Positions 44,461-57,649 are shown, counted from the first letter of the whole stretch. The stretch: DNA of 62,968 nucleotides, filler included, from Folioceros fuciformis (GCA_049999805.1; 9 parts of 9 records of this genome joined end to end with filler, not necessarily neighbours in it), one strand, 5' to 3'. Translations and numbers: made by a program. Notes: generated by a model from the letters alone, not told the origin.

Positions 44461-46768
44461 TGTTATTAAGAGCATACAACACTTAGGATAGTGTAGATTA
44501 TCCCATATTGAACTAGTAGTTATCTAACACCTAAGTGTTATCAGGATATATACCAGGATATTGCACCCTCGAGACTAAGGCTTACCTTATCAAGGGTTGC
44601 CCCGCCTGAAGGCTAAATATATAGCATCCTGTGCACCATAAGGAATGTATTGTGGAGTCCATCTAAGCTAGTGGTGCTATTTCAACATAGTATCAGAGCC
44701 TGAGAGAGCGCCGGTGGCCATGGTGGCTATGGTGGGGGTTTGAGGCTATGGCCATGAGCGTGAAGGTGGCTGGCAACGCAAGCCATTGAGAGGCGCAGTG
44801 AAGAGCACGACAAGAGCAAGAGCAAAAGACTGCTCACAAGCATTGGACTGAGAGAGCATGTAAAGTGTTACACTGACTCTCCTTAAGTATTTCATATGCT
44901 ATGGTCATACAGATCACGGGATGTGAGTCTCCAAAGGATGCATGGGACATACTCATGAGGAACTATGGGAATGTCATACATAGGAAAATCTACTTGAAGC
45001 AGATGTTCAACAACTTGTCACGAGGTAGGAGATCTATACTCATGTATACAACAGAGGTGAAGACCATAGCTGATCAACTTGCTACAATCGGTGCAAGTGT
45101 GACGGAAGATGACATGGTTGCAGTTACTCTGAACGGACTTGGCAAGGAATACAAGTCCTTTGAAAAATCAATCTGTGTGAGAGCTGAGTCCCCAAGTTGG
45201 GATGAATTGGTTGCTTTGTTGCTGCATGAGGAAGTTAAGCTTGGTCTGAACACAGGTTCAGGTATGTCTCAAGGGAGAGACACTATTTTGTTTTCTAACC
45301 AGCGTGGGAGAGGCCACAGAGGTTGTGGTTCATTCCGAGGATGGGGTGATGCTCGGAACACGCAGAATCAACAAGACAATTGGCGTGGAGGAAATGCGCA
45401 AGGCCATAGAGGATCTTGAAGTTTTAGAGGCGCAGGTAGAGCCACAAGAGGGAGAGATGGTTTTTTTCAATCTCATGACCATTCCAATAGAGACAAGGAG
45501 TGTTACTACTGTGGAAAGGTTGGTCATATTGCTAAGGACTGCTATAAGCAGCAAGCAGACATGAGAGGAAAAGGAAGGCAGCATGGGAACTATGCCTCCT
45601 CTAGTAATGCTGGAAATGACCAGGATAGGTTGTTTGCCATGCAATATCTCTCTAAACAGGATGGGCAGAATGATGAGAGATGGTATATTGATTCAAGAGC
45701 ATCAAACCACATGACTTCGCATGGCGAGTGGTTTAACAAGATGGATGCAGGTCCCCATGGTCATGTGTGTACAGGAGATGACACACAACATGACATAAAG
45801 CACAGAGGAATTGTTCCTCTTAGGATGCTGAATGGTTAGTAGAAGAGTCTACAATATGTGTTGCATGTTCCAACCATTACGAAGAACCTGTTGTCTGTTG
45901 CATAGATGGTTGAACAAAATCTACAGGTTGAAGAATATGACAGAGGGCGCAAACTGATTGCTAAAGGTAGTAGGAATGGACGGATGTTCACTCTGGATGC
46001 ATCCATTCCAGAGTTAAATGCAGCAATGTTTACAAATGATGCAGGTGCCATACGTGATGTTGAAATATGGCATAAGAGGATTGGTCATGTGAACATAGAG
46101 AAGCTAAAATCTATGCAACAGAAAAGCGTGGTGGAAGGATTGCCCAAGTTCAAGTATGCTGATCTTGGTCATGTGTGTTAAGCATGTCAATTTGGAAAAC
46201 AGTCAAGGTTTCCATTTGTGCGACACGTACAGAACAGCTCGAGACCTTTGCAATTGATACACTCTGATGTATGGGGTCCTTCACAGAATGCATCGTTTGG
46301 AGGAGCCCACTACTATGTCTCCTTCATTGATGATTTCAACAGGTACACGTGGCTGTACATACTGAAGCATAAGGATGAAGTGTTTGAGTCTTTCAAGGAC
46401 TTCAAAAAGCATGCTGAAAATGAATTCAGCTACTCCATCTCTTGTCTAAGATCAGATGGAGGGGGAAAATATGTCTCAAATGAGTTTGACAGGTATCTTG
46501 CAGATCATGGTATATGAAGACAGCTGACTTGCAGATACACACCACAACAAAATGGTGTTGCAGAGAGGAAGAACAGGGTAGTCATGGAAACAGCAAGGGC
46601 AATGCTGAATGAGAAGTGCTTACCTAATGATTATTGGGCAGAAGCAGTGATGACAACAGTGTATGTACTGAATCGAACTCCTACGGTAGGAATTCATGAT
46701 GCTACACCAATTGAGAGGCTGTATGGCTATAAGCCGGATATTAGGCACTTGAAAGTGTTTGGGTGCAT
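44461..46768 (+). mobile_element. Copia 5' half: LTR 44461-44687, decayed Met PBS 44688-44699, gag, protease, integrase
   Basis: TGTT..AACA then TAGTATCAGAGC; gag (UBN2-like) LNGLGKEY, knuckle CYYCGKVGHIAKDC, WYIDSRASNHMT, IHSDVWGP. Confidence 0.92.
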
Positions 46769-46868
46769 NNNNNNNNNNNNNNNNNNNNNNNNNNNNNNNN
46801 NNNNNNNNNNNNTTAATTAATTAANNNNNNNNNNNNNNNNNNNNNNNNNNNNNNNNNNNNNNNNNNNN
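46769..46868. other. Artificial contig spacer
   Basis: N44-TTAATTAATTAA-N44. Confidence 0.98.
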
Positions 46869-47926
46869 GTGCTTCAACGTTTCAATATGGAGAAGGGGAA
46901 GGTCTTAAGTACTCCGTTGCCTCCATATGTGAAACTTTCAAGCAAGGATTGCCCAAGTTCTGCGGAGGATAAAGCTGAAATGGAGAAGGTTCCATACTCA
47001 TCAGCTGTAGGGAGTTTGATGTATACAATGATTGCTAAACGTCCTGACATTGCTTTTGCAGTGGGAGTGGTTAGCAGGTTCATGTCAAACCCTGGCGGGA
47101 AGCATTGGGAGGCAGTGAAAGGAGTTATGAGGTATTTGAATGGTACAAAAGCTTTGTGCTTATGTTTTGGTAGTGAAGATGCATTTGTAGTGGGATATAC
47201 GGATGCTGATTATGCAGGGGATATGGACAAAAGCAGGTCCACATCAGGTTATGTCTTCATGTGCACTGGAGGGGCAGTCTCATGGCGATCTCGTTTGCAA
47301 TCGTGCATAACGCTATCTACCACAGAGGCCGAGTATGTTGCAGCGACTGAGGCTTGCAAGGAAGCCATGTGGCTTGCTCGTTTAGTGGGAGATTTGGGGA
47401 TCAAGGGTGAGCTACCAGTGTGGCATTGTGATAGCCAGAGTGCTATCCAATTAGCGAAGAATCCAGTGTTTCATGCGAAGACCAAACATGTGGAAGTGAA
47501 GTATCACTTCATTCGAGAGGTGTTGGAAGACAAGAGGGTACAATTTGTCAAAGTTCACACCAGTCAGAACCCTGCAGATGTTCTTACCAAGGGGCTCTCT
47601 ACGGAGCAATTCGCACAAGCTCGGACACTCATGGGCATGAGCTAGACCACTCTCTTATGAAGGTAAATTGGCCTTTAAGTGGGAGGTTGTAGGGTTATTA
47701 AAGCCCAATGTGCTTAGGCTAATGTGTTTAGTCTAAGATTAGTGTCTAATTAATGTGCTTAGACTAATGTGTTTAGTCTAAGATTAGTGTCTAGTTAAGT
47801 ATCATTAGTTTAGATTAGCTTAAGCTAATCTGTAGGAAGCTTCTTGTGCAGCTTCCTGTGAGCTTCTTGTGAAGCTTCCTAGGGAGCTCTTCTAGAGGGT
47901 ATAAATACCCCCTTGAGCTCCCTTGC
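46869..47926 (+). mobile_element. Copia 3' end: RT/RNase H to 47645, PPT, truncated 3' LTR from 47688
   Basis: YTDADYAG..SRSTSGY..KTKHVEVKYHF; AAGTGGGAGG then TGTAGGGTT. Confidence 0.92.
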
Positions 47927-47939
47927 CAACTACTCTCAA

Positions 47940-48830
47940 TGTGACCTCAAGCCTCAAACCTAAACACATGTCCACCTCCATGAGAATTAGGTGCAGAAGT
48001 TGGCAAGCAAGCTCCCTAAACACACTACACCTATGTGAGCAAACAGCACTAACACCGAGACCCAAAACACATGTACAGTTGTCATCCTCCTGCAACTTTC
48101 ACTTACCCTACCAATATATTAGTCTTGGCCCACAATCAGCAAGCAGCCGGAGCATGTCACTTATTGTTTGGACATTGCCAGCAACGTTGCCACATCACTC
48201 CAATTGCCCACCTCATACACACCAATGTCCTACCACTACACGCAGAAGATGGGTGGCAAGGGCACTGCCAGCCACATGGCACATCCTCACACCCGAGATG
48301 TCCAATGTATCTACCACACACAAAACCACTGAAGTTAGCAAGCCTCAAACCTAAACACATCTACCCCTCTATGAGAATCAGGAGCAGAAGTTGGTAAGCC
48401 TTAAACCCTAAACACATCTTTGCCTCCATGAAAATCAGGTGTTGAAGTTGGCAAGCCTCAAACATAAACACATGTACACCTCTATGAGCAATCAGCTCTA
48501 ATATCAAGACCCAAAATGCCTCTACAACTGTCATCCTCCTGCAACTTATGCTAACCCTACCAATAAATCAGTCATGCCCCATAATAAGCAGGCTGTCGAT
48601 GCATGTCACCAGTTGTTTGGACACTGCCAGCAACTTTCCCACTTCACGCCTATTGCCCGCCTTGTACACACTAACGTCTTACCACTGCACGTAAAAGACG
48701 GGTGACAAGGGCATTGCCGGCCACACAGCATATCTTGACACCCGAGCTGTCCACATGCTCGCACATGTATTTACCACACACAAAACCAAGGAAGTTGGCA
48801 AGCCTCAAATGCAATGACGTCCGTCTAAGC
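47940..48830. repeat. Composite repeat: ~450-bp tandem duplication plus ~57-60-bp subunits
   Basis: TGTCATCCTCCTGCAACTT at ~48080 and ~48530; AAGCCTCAAACCTAAACACAT..GAAGTTGGCAAGC recurs at ~47949, 48341, 48396 and 48453. Confidence 0.75.
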
Positions 48831-49891
48831 CTCAAACAAAGTGACATAAGCAAAACCAGTTGCTCACAGCAATCCTCAGTTTCGAGACCCACACCAGAAT
48901 GCACCAAACCCTGTGCCTATTGACCACAACTAGTTGCTATGGAATAAAGGCAGTTGTAGCAGCAAGCATGATCAGCAGTATCAGTCAGCTACTCCACTCA
49001 CGACTAGAACCAAGTTCCATCAGACAAACACGCGACCGGGTTTCACTCCTAAACTATGGTCAGCCCGCGACCGATTCATCACACCCTACTACCATTTCAC
49101 AGAACGCTTTGGATCCATGCATGCTTGCCACGGCCTTTTCCTAACACGCTCTGCATCAACACATGCTTGCCACAGATTTAGCAGCTAGGTCACTAGTGAT
49201 CACCCTCAATTCAAGTTTCCTCCCACCCAGCACACATGCCTTTCCCTTCACCCGGCACACACATGTAGAAAGAGATCGTATGTCGTTTCGTCAATTGCTA
49301 AACAAAGGGACCATGTGTTGGTGGACATATCACATGAACATTACTTTATATAATTTACTGTATTGTACTCATTTCCTGATTAATCTAATTTAAGAGGACC
49401 ATTACCTACCTATCACCTATCAGCTAAAAAAAAATTTCTGTCTTATTTGAGTCATAAATAATTAATTTAATTTTCTTGAATCTACAGAGGACAAAATACA
49501 TGTGTTTCACCCATTTCCCACTAAAGTGAACACCAAAGCATGCTTACACCCAGTGGGGGAAAGGGAGACGACAAGACAATCTGCCTGTGAAAGGGAAGGG
49601 GTAGTGGGCATAGAAGGAAGTCGTAGGGAGGAATATTGCGCAAAATGGGACTCTGAGGCCCTTGTTAAAGTAGAAGGCTGGGCCTTTATACAAAGCTGGA
49701 GCTACAATTTGGACATCGGTCATGCAAAAAAAGTTAAGATCTATTCTAGGGACCTGGTAGTCCAGTCTTGCCAAGAGCTAGCTAGCTATTGTCGCCGTGC
49801 CTTAATGGGACGACGGTGGTGTGGCTGGAGTGGGGCCAGGGGAAGATGGCGCTAGATGCATTCCTATGGGTGAGGTGGGTCCGGGGGAAGA

Positions 49892-52470
49892 TTATGCTCC
49901 GCCGATTGCGATAGGTAGATTGGCAGAGCTAACCTGCGGGGATCGGACCAATAGTTGAAGGTCCGGGGAAACGGGTCCGATGGCTTGGGGCTCCGGCTTG
50001 CTTGGTGCAAGGCACTCATCGGTGGGAGGTGTAAGGGTCGGTGAAGTTGCCATGGCCCCCGCAGTCTCAGTCAAGATCGAAAGGACTTCGCTGTAGAAGA
50101 ACGTGTGGCTGTCGTCCAGCTACTAGATGATGTCCACTATCATCCTTTGGAGCGTTCGATACTCCGGTCACCACCTAGCCTCCAGTAGGTTGGTGTGTTG
50201 TGCGGCAACGGTGGTGAAGTACCTCCGAAGCTCTTTGAGGGCTGTGGAGGTGATAGTGGCTGATTCCCTTAGGCATAGGTTGGACATAGCCCCTGTTTGG
50301 GCTCAATGCAAGGCCACCTCGCGATCATCTTCTTGGGTCTCAAAGTCCGCCAAACGAGCCTGCACTTCCTTTGCCTTGGCTCGGAAACTATTGACCCCCT
50401 CCACTAGGTTCTTGCGCCCTTCCTCCCATACCTATCCATGACTTTGCATGGTCTCGCTGGTCTGTGCGAGATCGGACTTCAGGGTCCGAACCTCTTGCTG
50501 GGCTACTTTTTCTTCGGCTTGCACCGCTTGGAGTTTGCCTCTCAGCTCTTCCACCTACCAAACTGCCTCAGTCAGTTTACGGGGGGCGTCCTTCTGCCCT
50601 TCAAGGCCTCGGTTTCACTCCTTACGGTAGCGATCTCGGTCCCCTATGTGTATACGACAGGCCTCCTGAGTGTCCGTCTCCTGCTTCTCCATGCTTGTCT
50701 TTCTTCAACATGGATAGTCTCCATAGAGGCTTGCGACCTGGAGTTCTCCCCCTAAGCCTCGCTGAGTTGTTTCTCTAAGGCGGCGGTTCGCTCCTTAGCC
50801 TGAGTTCTCAACATTTCCAGCTCCTGCAAGCACTTGTCTTATTCCTCGTATTTATCGTACTCCTCCTGAAGTTTGGAGGTATGTTAGGCTACTCATTCCT
50901 TTAGGTTGGACAACTGAGTTGCTAACTCCGTCATCCTCCTTTGGAGGACAACATTTTTGCCCTCCCAGGTTGCTACCTGCCCGAAGGACCACACCAGACC
51001 CTCCGCCACGTTAGTGATGATCACTTGGGCATGCCTGGGTGGCTCTTTTCACCGTAGCTCCGGTGTAGGACCGGTAGTTGGGAGGCAATTGCACCCTCCC
51101 GAAGGAAGTCCAAATAGCCTTCCTCATGCCTTCTGGGTCCATAATTCCCCTGTCCATAAGGTCCTCCAAGATTATGGACCGTGGCAGTGCCCTACGACGA
51201 TTGACTTCCTCTTGGGCCGGATTCAGAGCTGGTCTGGGGGACGGAGGTGGGATCACTCCGATGGGTGCCGGACTAGGTGAACGAGGCCCCCGGCCCTTCT
51301 TCCTCCCACGAGCTGTGGGTGGTCGTTTGAGTCGAGACGGCCGATCCTGTGCCGCTCCTTGAAGTCCAGTTGCTTGGCCAACCAGACCAATTCCATACGG
51401 TCCGCCTCTTCCCTAGTCCTTGGTACTGGAGCTAAGCAGTCCTGCGGCTCCGAACTGGTGGGTGGTGGGGCACTCTGCAGTGGAAGCCATTTCCCCGCCA
51501 TGGACATGGCCCTGACATTTCGCTGCTTGGGCGAGGGTGCCTAGGTTAGTGGTGCTCCTACCTTCCGCTTCAGAGGTTGGCTGGTTGAGGAGTTGGGAGC
51601 GGAGGCCATGAAGGGCGACTTTGATGCTGCTCCATGGCTATCCTCAAAGGGATTTGAAGCCGGTAGAGGCACCGGGGCGGAGGGGATGGCCTTGGGCTGA
51701 GTAGCCGGCATCAAATTCTTCTTCCCAGGGACCGGTGGAGGGGCAACAGGGGAGGGGGCCAAAGCGGGTGGCAGCCAAGAAAGTGATGCCTTCTCTAAAT
51801 CCATTAGGACCTTATCATGGTCCCAGATGTGGGAAAAGAAAGGTGAAAGGCTCGAGGCGGGCGGCTTCTCCTGCCTGAGCTTTCTAACATCGGATTGAAT
51901 CTGATGTGCCACTACCTTTCCCTAGTCCACTGGAGGGCCCTATGCCAGTCCGCAGAGAAGTAGCAGCATTCTGTCTGCTTCATGGTTGGTTTTCGTGACC
52001 AGAAGCCAATTGACAATCAAGCGCACCGCGCCCTTGATCTTGAGGTCCGCGATGTCATGGATTAACCACCCGTTGGTGGCCTTGGTCGAATCCTCCATTA
52101 GTAACACAGGTGCTACCTCCTTTACCAACTCCTTCTTGCATTGGGAGTTCAGGTAAAGTCCTCCCCGTTCTTGTGCCGGACGCCGATATACCTCCCACAT
52201 CATTTGGACAATTCGCAACATGGGATTGTTCCTGATATTTGTCGAGACAGCCTTGCCTCAAGTGCACTGCAGCGAAGTCTGAGCAAATTCCCGAATGATC
52301 ACCGCTGAATTGATGGCCCAGGGGAACTGAAAAATCCCCAACTCCTACTGCTCCATGAGGTCTCCCGTCGTTGCTATCCAAGGTGCAAAATTCGAATAGG
52401 AGCGCATCTGGATTTGCTTCGCATTAAGCCTTTAGGTGATGGCGACTTTGAGGAATTGTCCTAGCACCAT
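49892..52470 (-). pseudogene. Longest copy of the accessory ORF family (~850 codons): conserved N-domain, Pro-rich linker, coiled-coil-like tail
   Basis: WIATTGDLMEQ*ELGIFQFPWAINSAVIIREFAQ..IRNNP..VYRRPAQERGGL..NGWLIHDI; the stops examined match CAA/CGA/TGG transitions. Confidence 0.7.
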
Positions 52471-52749
52471 GGCAAAGGGGTCTTGAGAGATGAAAACGAA
52501 GGAGGGAGGGAGCAAAGGGTGGCGCCGCATCGTGGTATGAGGGAAGGAAGAAGGGATGCCAGGAACAAGCAGAGGGCAGGAAGGTCGTAGGGTGCTGGAA
52601 GACAAAGTGGAGCAGAAGGTGAACGGAGTGGAGCGAGAAGATCGAATGACGCTTAGGAGGAATTGGCGAGAGGGAGAGGAAGTGGAGTGAGGCGCATTGG
52701 CTGGCGTACGCCAGCGTACAGGTTTACGCTCGATCGCCCTAGTACGCAT

Positions 52750-52849
52750 GCAACCGTTTGGGGTGGTTACGCCTGCAACCGTTTGGGGTGGTTACGCCCG
52801 CAACTGTTTGGGGTGGTTACGCCCGCAACCGTTTGGGGTGGTTATGCCC
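52750..52849. repeat. 25-bp tandem repeat x4
   Basis: GCAACCGTTTGGGGTGGTTACGCC(T/C), no spacers. Confidence 0.95.
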
Positions 52850-53459
52850 TGCCTTCTACGTGATGTCAAGGTACCGGATCTTGAGCAGATTGTCCTTACT
52901 ATTAGTCGGTTTGGTGGGTAATCCGCCATGCCTTCTACTCCAAAGAACTTGGGGCTGCTGAAAATAGTCATTTAGAAAAACAAATCTTGCACTCACTTCG
53001 GAGATGAGTCTGGTGGGTCACCGGAGGACCACTCCAGTGATTATGTTCGGACTTGATAGTTGAATGCAAAACATTAAAGTCTGCGATAAAGAATACAACT
53101 GATCCCCTTCAACACGGTACGTATCTCCAATTTTTGAGACTTGGACTATCATGACTATCTCTTCAGTTACCTAGGATTGACTCATAGAATCCGTTATCAT
53201 GAGCTTGAACATGGGAAGGTGGCACACAATTGAGCACACCACCTGTCGGGAGCACGTTGAGGGCCACCTCTAGGATGGGTGGTGTGCACAAGTGTGCGTA
53301 CCCATCCCATCTCGGTGCACACTTGGGTGCGCCACCCAACCTAGAGGTACCTAAGATGAGGTGCTCTTCCTTGACGAGCGCGCACTTGTGCGCAGGCGTC
53401 AACGATAGTAGGGAGCTGGTCTACAAGGTGCCATGATGGGTGCACCCAAGTGCGCGCCC

Positions 53460-55200
53460 TCCTTGACAGACACACTCAAGTACTGTGTTTTGCGAAAAGA
53501 TTTCAAGAACCAGTCTTTTGCATGATGATTTTCATCCTCGACATGGACGAAGCTGTAGTGCTCATTATAATACCATTTGTTGTCGGTTGCCAGAGGTGCT
53601 TGAGGGAAAGCTTCAAGCTCATCGGAAACAGATCAAAGAAAAGTGTGCGAAACTTGGGAAGCATCGATTGAAATGTCAAGACCGACCCAAGCAATACCTT
53701 GGGGTTGCAATTGATGAGATGGACCAGACCAAGACTGAACTCCCTCATTTTACGAGGCCATCGAAGGATTTTTTAGAGAGGATTATCCACGTCCACGCAG
53801 TCGGTTGCCTCGTGTTTAATACGGGAATGCGTGCAAAGGTATATTTGAACTTTCCAAATATTCGAAATGATGCAAACTTGACAATTTATCCAAGATGTGA
53901 TTTCTACTTACGAGGGTGTTCTGCCCAAGACATTTCACCTTCAACTAGACAACGCTGTTTGTGAGAACAAGAACATGTTATTTTTTGTGTATCTGTCTAT
54001 GCTGGTAGAGAAACGGATCTTCCAAAAGGTGAAGATTGGATTTCTTCTTGTTGGACATACACATGATGTTGTTGATCAAATGTTCTCTTGTTTTTCCAAG
54101 GTTCTAAAACATAAGTCTCTTACATTAGGCACAATGTTGAAGTTGATAAGTCAAGCATACACGCCCAATCCCAATGTGAAAATCATGACTAAAGTTGCAG
54201 ATTTTACATGATGTGTCTGGCAAAATGGGATGGGCAAACGTGGTCGCAAGATGCAGTAGTTGGCAATCTACATAATCACAGCTACCAACATCAATGCAAA
54301 ATTACAAGGGAGAAGCAGTGGGGTGGGACACTTGTCACAATCTTACGTGGGAAGCATGTTTCCACATCTCAGCAATTGGAAACCCTTGAGGGTCTTGAGT
54401 TTCTACGTTGAATACCAACAACTCCAATCGTGAGAGTGGCACTATGTCCGCTTCATCTTCATGGCAAGCAACAAGCTGCAAATCCAGTACACAATTTGGC
54501 GCAAATCCGAAATGTCCTTAAACAACCAATGGATAAATACCTAAGCAAGAAGGACAAGGAGTGGTGGCAGGCATTCTGGAGGTCCCAAGAGGATATAGCA
54601 CACAAAATCATTTGCGGAGAGGACCGACATTTGCAAAATCCATGGGTGTGGTACAACGGAGAAGAGAGTCCATTCAAAAAGTTGTCTATGAGACATTCTG
54701 CACAGGTAGAGCAGGAACCGCCAGAATGGATGCTAGCTAAAGGCATGCATATGTATCTTGGAAACTATAGACCCATAGGCACTCAAGGATGGTAGGAGAA
54801 AGGCTTCATGACAAGGTAGACGAAATTCAAAAAAAGGACATTATTTTTATGCCTTGCAAGGGTGGCGACCAGAACTGGCCATTTTGGATTGCTTGAGTTG
54901 AAGAGGTAGACTTGATGTCACTGGAGCAAAGCCTTCTAATACAACGGTGGGTGATATAGAATGCAAACGCATTTGAAGCCAGATATTTGCCATAGGAAAT
55001 ATGTCCATCCAAGCAGCTGGGAGAGAGCGGCAAACGATTACACAACCGCAATGCAGTGACCTTAGATCGGCTTTTTATCGCAAAGACCTTTATATTGGCA
55101 TATGGATTTGCTTTGACCCGCGATAGCAGTTTCCAGTTATGGACGCAAGAGCTGATCAAAACTAAGTTGTATGAGCTCCGCCAACTACATGTGACCGTGG
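53460..55200 (+). mobile_element. Decayed DDD-type transposase-like gene (Sola-like/DUF7869-like); 3' limit approximate
   Basis: AIDEMDQ.K..LPHF, HLQLDNAVCENKN, KIGFLLVGHTHDVVDQMFS over frameshifted ORFs 53485, 53897, 54208 and 54430. Confidence 0.65.
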
Positions 55201-57151
55201 AGGATCATGTGCACAACAGCATGCTAAGGGAGGGAATACGATTGGACATGGACATGCACACATCGGAATCGCCGCACAGTGAAGCACAAAGTATTGCTGA
55301 AGTAGTAGCGGGCATTGATAGAGTAGTCGAATGTAGCCCTCAAAGAACTACATCTGGTCCACTAGCAACGCAAACTCATACAAGGGCTCACGGTTTGTTG
55401 CATGGGGAAGGTGCTTTCACAGACATGTTTGATGATAGCCCAAAGCAATTGCTAAAGAAGGGGCAAAAGAAGAGAGTGCCCAGATAGCAGCCCTCTTATT
55501 ATCTTGGAACTATCGACTGTTTCATGCCGTGTTATTTTAGTGAGGATTAGTGGATACCAAATGGCCCATCTAGAACATTTGTGTACATTTCAATTGTTCA
55601 TGCATGGCTCACCATTCAATATGAAAATGCTGCTGGTATGATGATTTTAGTCGTTGGGAGTGCACTGGTGTGTGCTGACTGTAAAGGGTGGTGCGCACAA
55701 GTGCGTGCCAAGCTGTCGAGTTTGGCATGGTGGCGCTTCACTCATACGTATCTCAAGAAAGCGAAACATGTTGAAATCTCTTCTTTTTCTAAAGGAAAAC
55801 AATTGATAGGACATGTTAAAAGATTATTGTCCGAAAGCAGTGCATGTCAAGGGGCGGCAACAGCCCGGATGGAGGCCCAACAGCATCCTGAAGACACGTT
55901 TAGTGGTTTAGGTCATTTGCAAAATTGGCAAAAATTAAATGGATTGTTGAAAATAGGCGAAACACATCTGGATTTAGGGTAAGACCCTTTTGTCTAGAAA
56001 ACCCCGATCTATTTCAAATGCAATTACATATGCTAAGTTGTCTTAGAAACCACTTTTTGATAGATAATTGCAGCTGTTGTCATCACAACATAAAAATACT
56101 AGTTTTAATACTGGTCATATAAGCTAGTTAGAGCCTTCTAGAAATACCAGCCTTAATGCTAGTTATGCACGCTAGTTCATTAGGTCATTTAGCACCCAAC
56201 TGCCAACACAAACATAAGGCCCAACTGCATCTTGTGGGGAAACACATGTAGTTGGTGTGAGAAACGGTTGTGATCATGAAGAAGACAACTTGGGCAGGCA
56301 GCGCTATTGACATTAGTAGCGATGAAGGAGAAAACTTGGACATGGCAGCTGCAACGGCAGTTGTTGAAGGTTCTTGCAAGGAGAGCTACACTTTCACACA
56401 CACCTTTTGTCTGAACCCTATTCTTGTCAAAGAAATCTCGTTGTGTTGCCAATCGGGATGCTAGAGATTGGGACAAGCAACTGCATGTGGAGTTGTGTGC
56501 GTGATGGACCTAACTCATAATTGCTTGATACAAGCAGCCCTTTTGAAAAATCAGCAAGTTGCAAGTGAGCACCATTGGTTTTTGATAGGAGTGTCATATT
56601 TTCACTTTGTGGCTTCCAAGTGGGCAAGAATGCTTACAAGATGCAGCTGGTGTGCATGCTTGCATTGTGAGGTCGTTGAAGAATGGAAATTGAACCATGA
56701 TGGTCAGTTGTATGGTGTTGTGTGCTGTATGCGATCAATCGCACAACATTCTCCCATTGTTGTATGTCTCTGTAACCTTTCCTAGGCTTATGCTTTTGTT
56801 TTTGTTTCAGAGATGGCTCCCTTTTAATCAGATAGCTCTGCATGATTCGCATCCTTTGCTCTTTGTGCCAAAATCAATGCATCAACAAAGAGAGGGCCTC
56901 ACTCTTTTATTTCCTCCTAAGATGGGTCATTGGCGGAAAGGTTGATGCAGTGCTCAAGACCTCCTCCAACCTGATTTTCTCAACTTTGGTACGCTCCACA
57001 TGGCATGAGTGCCCTCTTGATTAACACATGGGGGTTTTATACAAAAACGAACCGTACCCAAGTCCCTCTTCACATGTGTTAGATGTGGCCATTTTACTGA
57101 ATGGAGCTCATCATTCTTTTTAGGTCATTTCAATTCACAAACCAGCAATCG

Positions 57152-57385
57152 GCCCCTTGTTTAAGCCTTTCGAACATCATTCTACAACTATGCCCTCGAG
57201 CAGTTTCTGAGTGGTTCATGTCATGGAGCGCCCCTTGTTTAAGTCTTCAGGACATCATTCTACAACTATGCCCTCGAGCAGTTTTTGAGTGGTTCATGTC
57301 ATGGAGTGCCCCTTGTTTAAGCCTTTGGGACATCATTCTACAGTTATGCCCTCGAGCAGTTTCTGAGTGGTTCATGTCATGGAGC
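57152..57385. repeat. 78-bp tandem repeat x3
   Basis: GCCCCTTGTTTAAG..GTGGTTCATGTCATGGAG at 57152, 57230 and 57308. Confidence 0.95.
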
Positions 57386-57649
57386 TTCTTAAGATACTGT
57401 TTGTGCCTACTTTTAGCACCTATGTCACTAAGGAGTACTCATCTAACCCTCACAAAGTTGTAGCACGTGACCATCCTCAGTCTCCTTCACACTTCTCAAA
57501 AATAGTTCATTTTTTTCTCATGATGATCATATATAAACAACCAATGAGGTAGATTTTAGTTTTACTTCTTGTTCCATGTTGGTCGTACTTTACTATTGCA
57601 ACCTTGCACAGACATGTTCATGATAAGGGGTATATTTTTGTTCTCAAAT

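Larger units (their letters stand above)
49501..52958 (+). mobile_element. Probable Tat/Retand-like Gypsy 3' region with a long antisense ORF, a tandem array and a putative PPT
   Basis: Antisense ORF remnant, 25-bp array, then ACTTGGGGCTGC followed by TG at 52959. No pol is present, so orientation is inferred. Confidence 0.5.
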
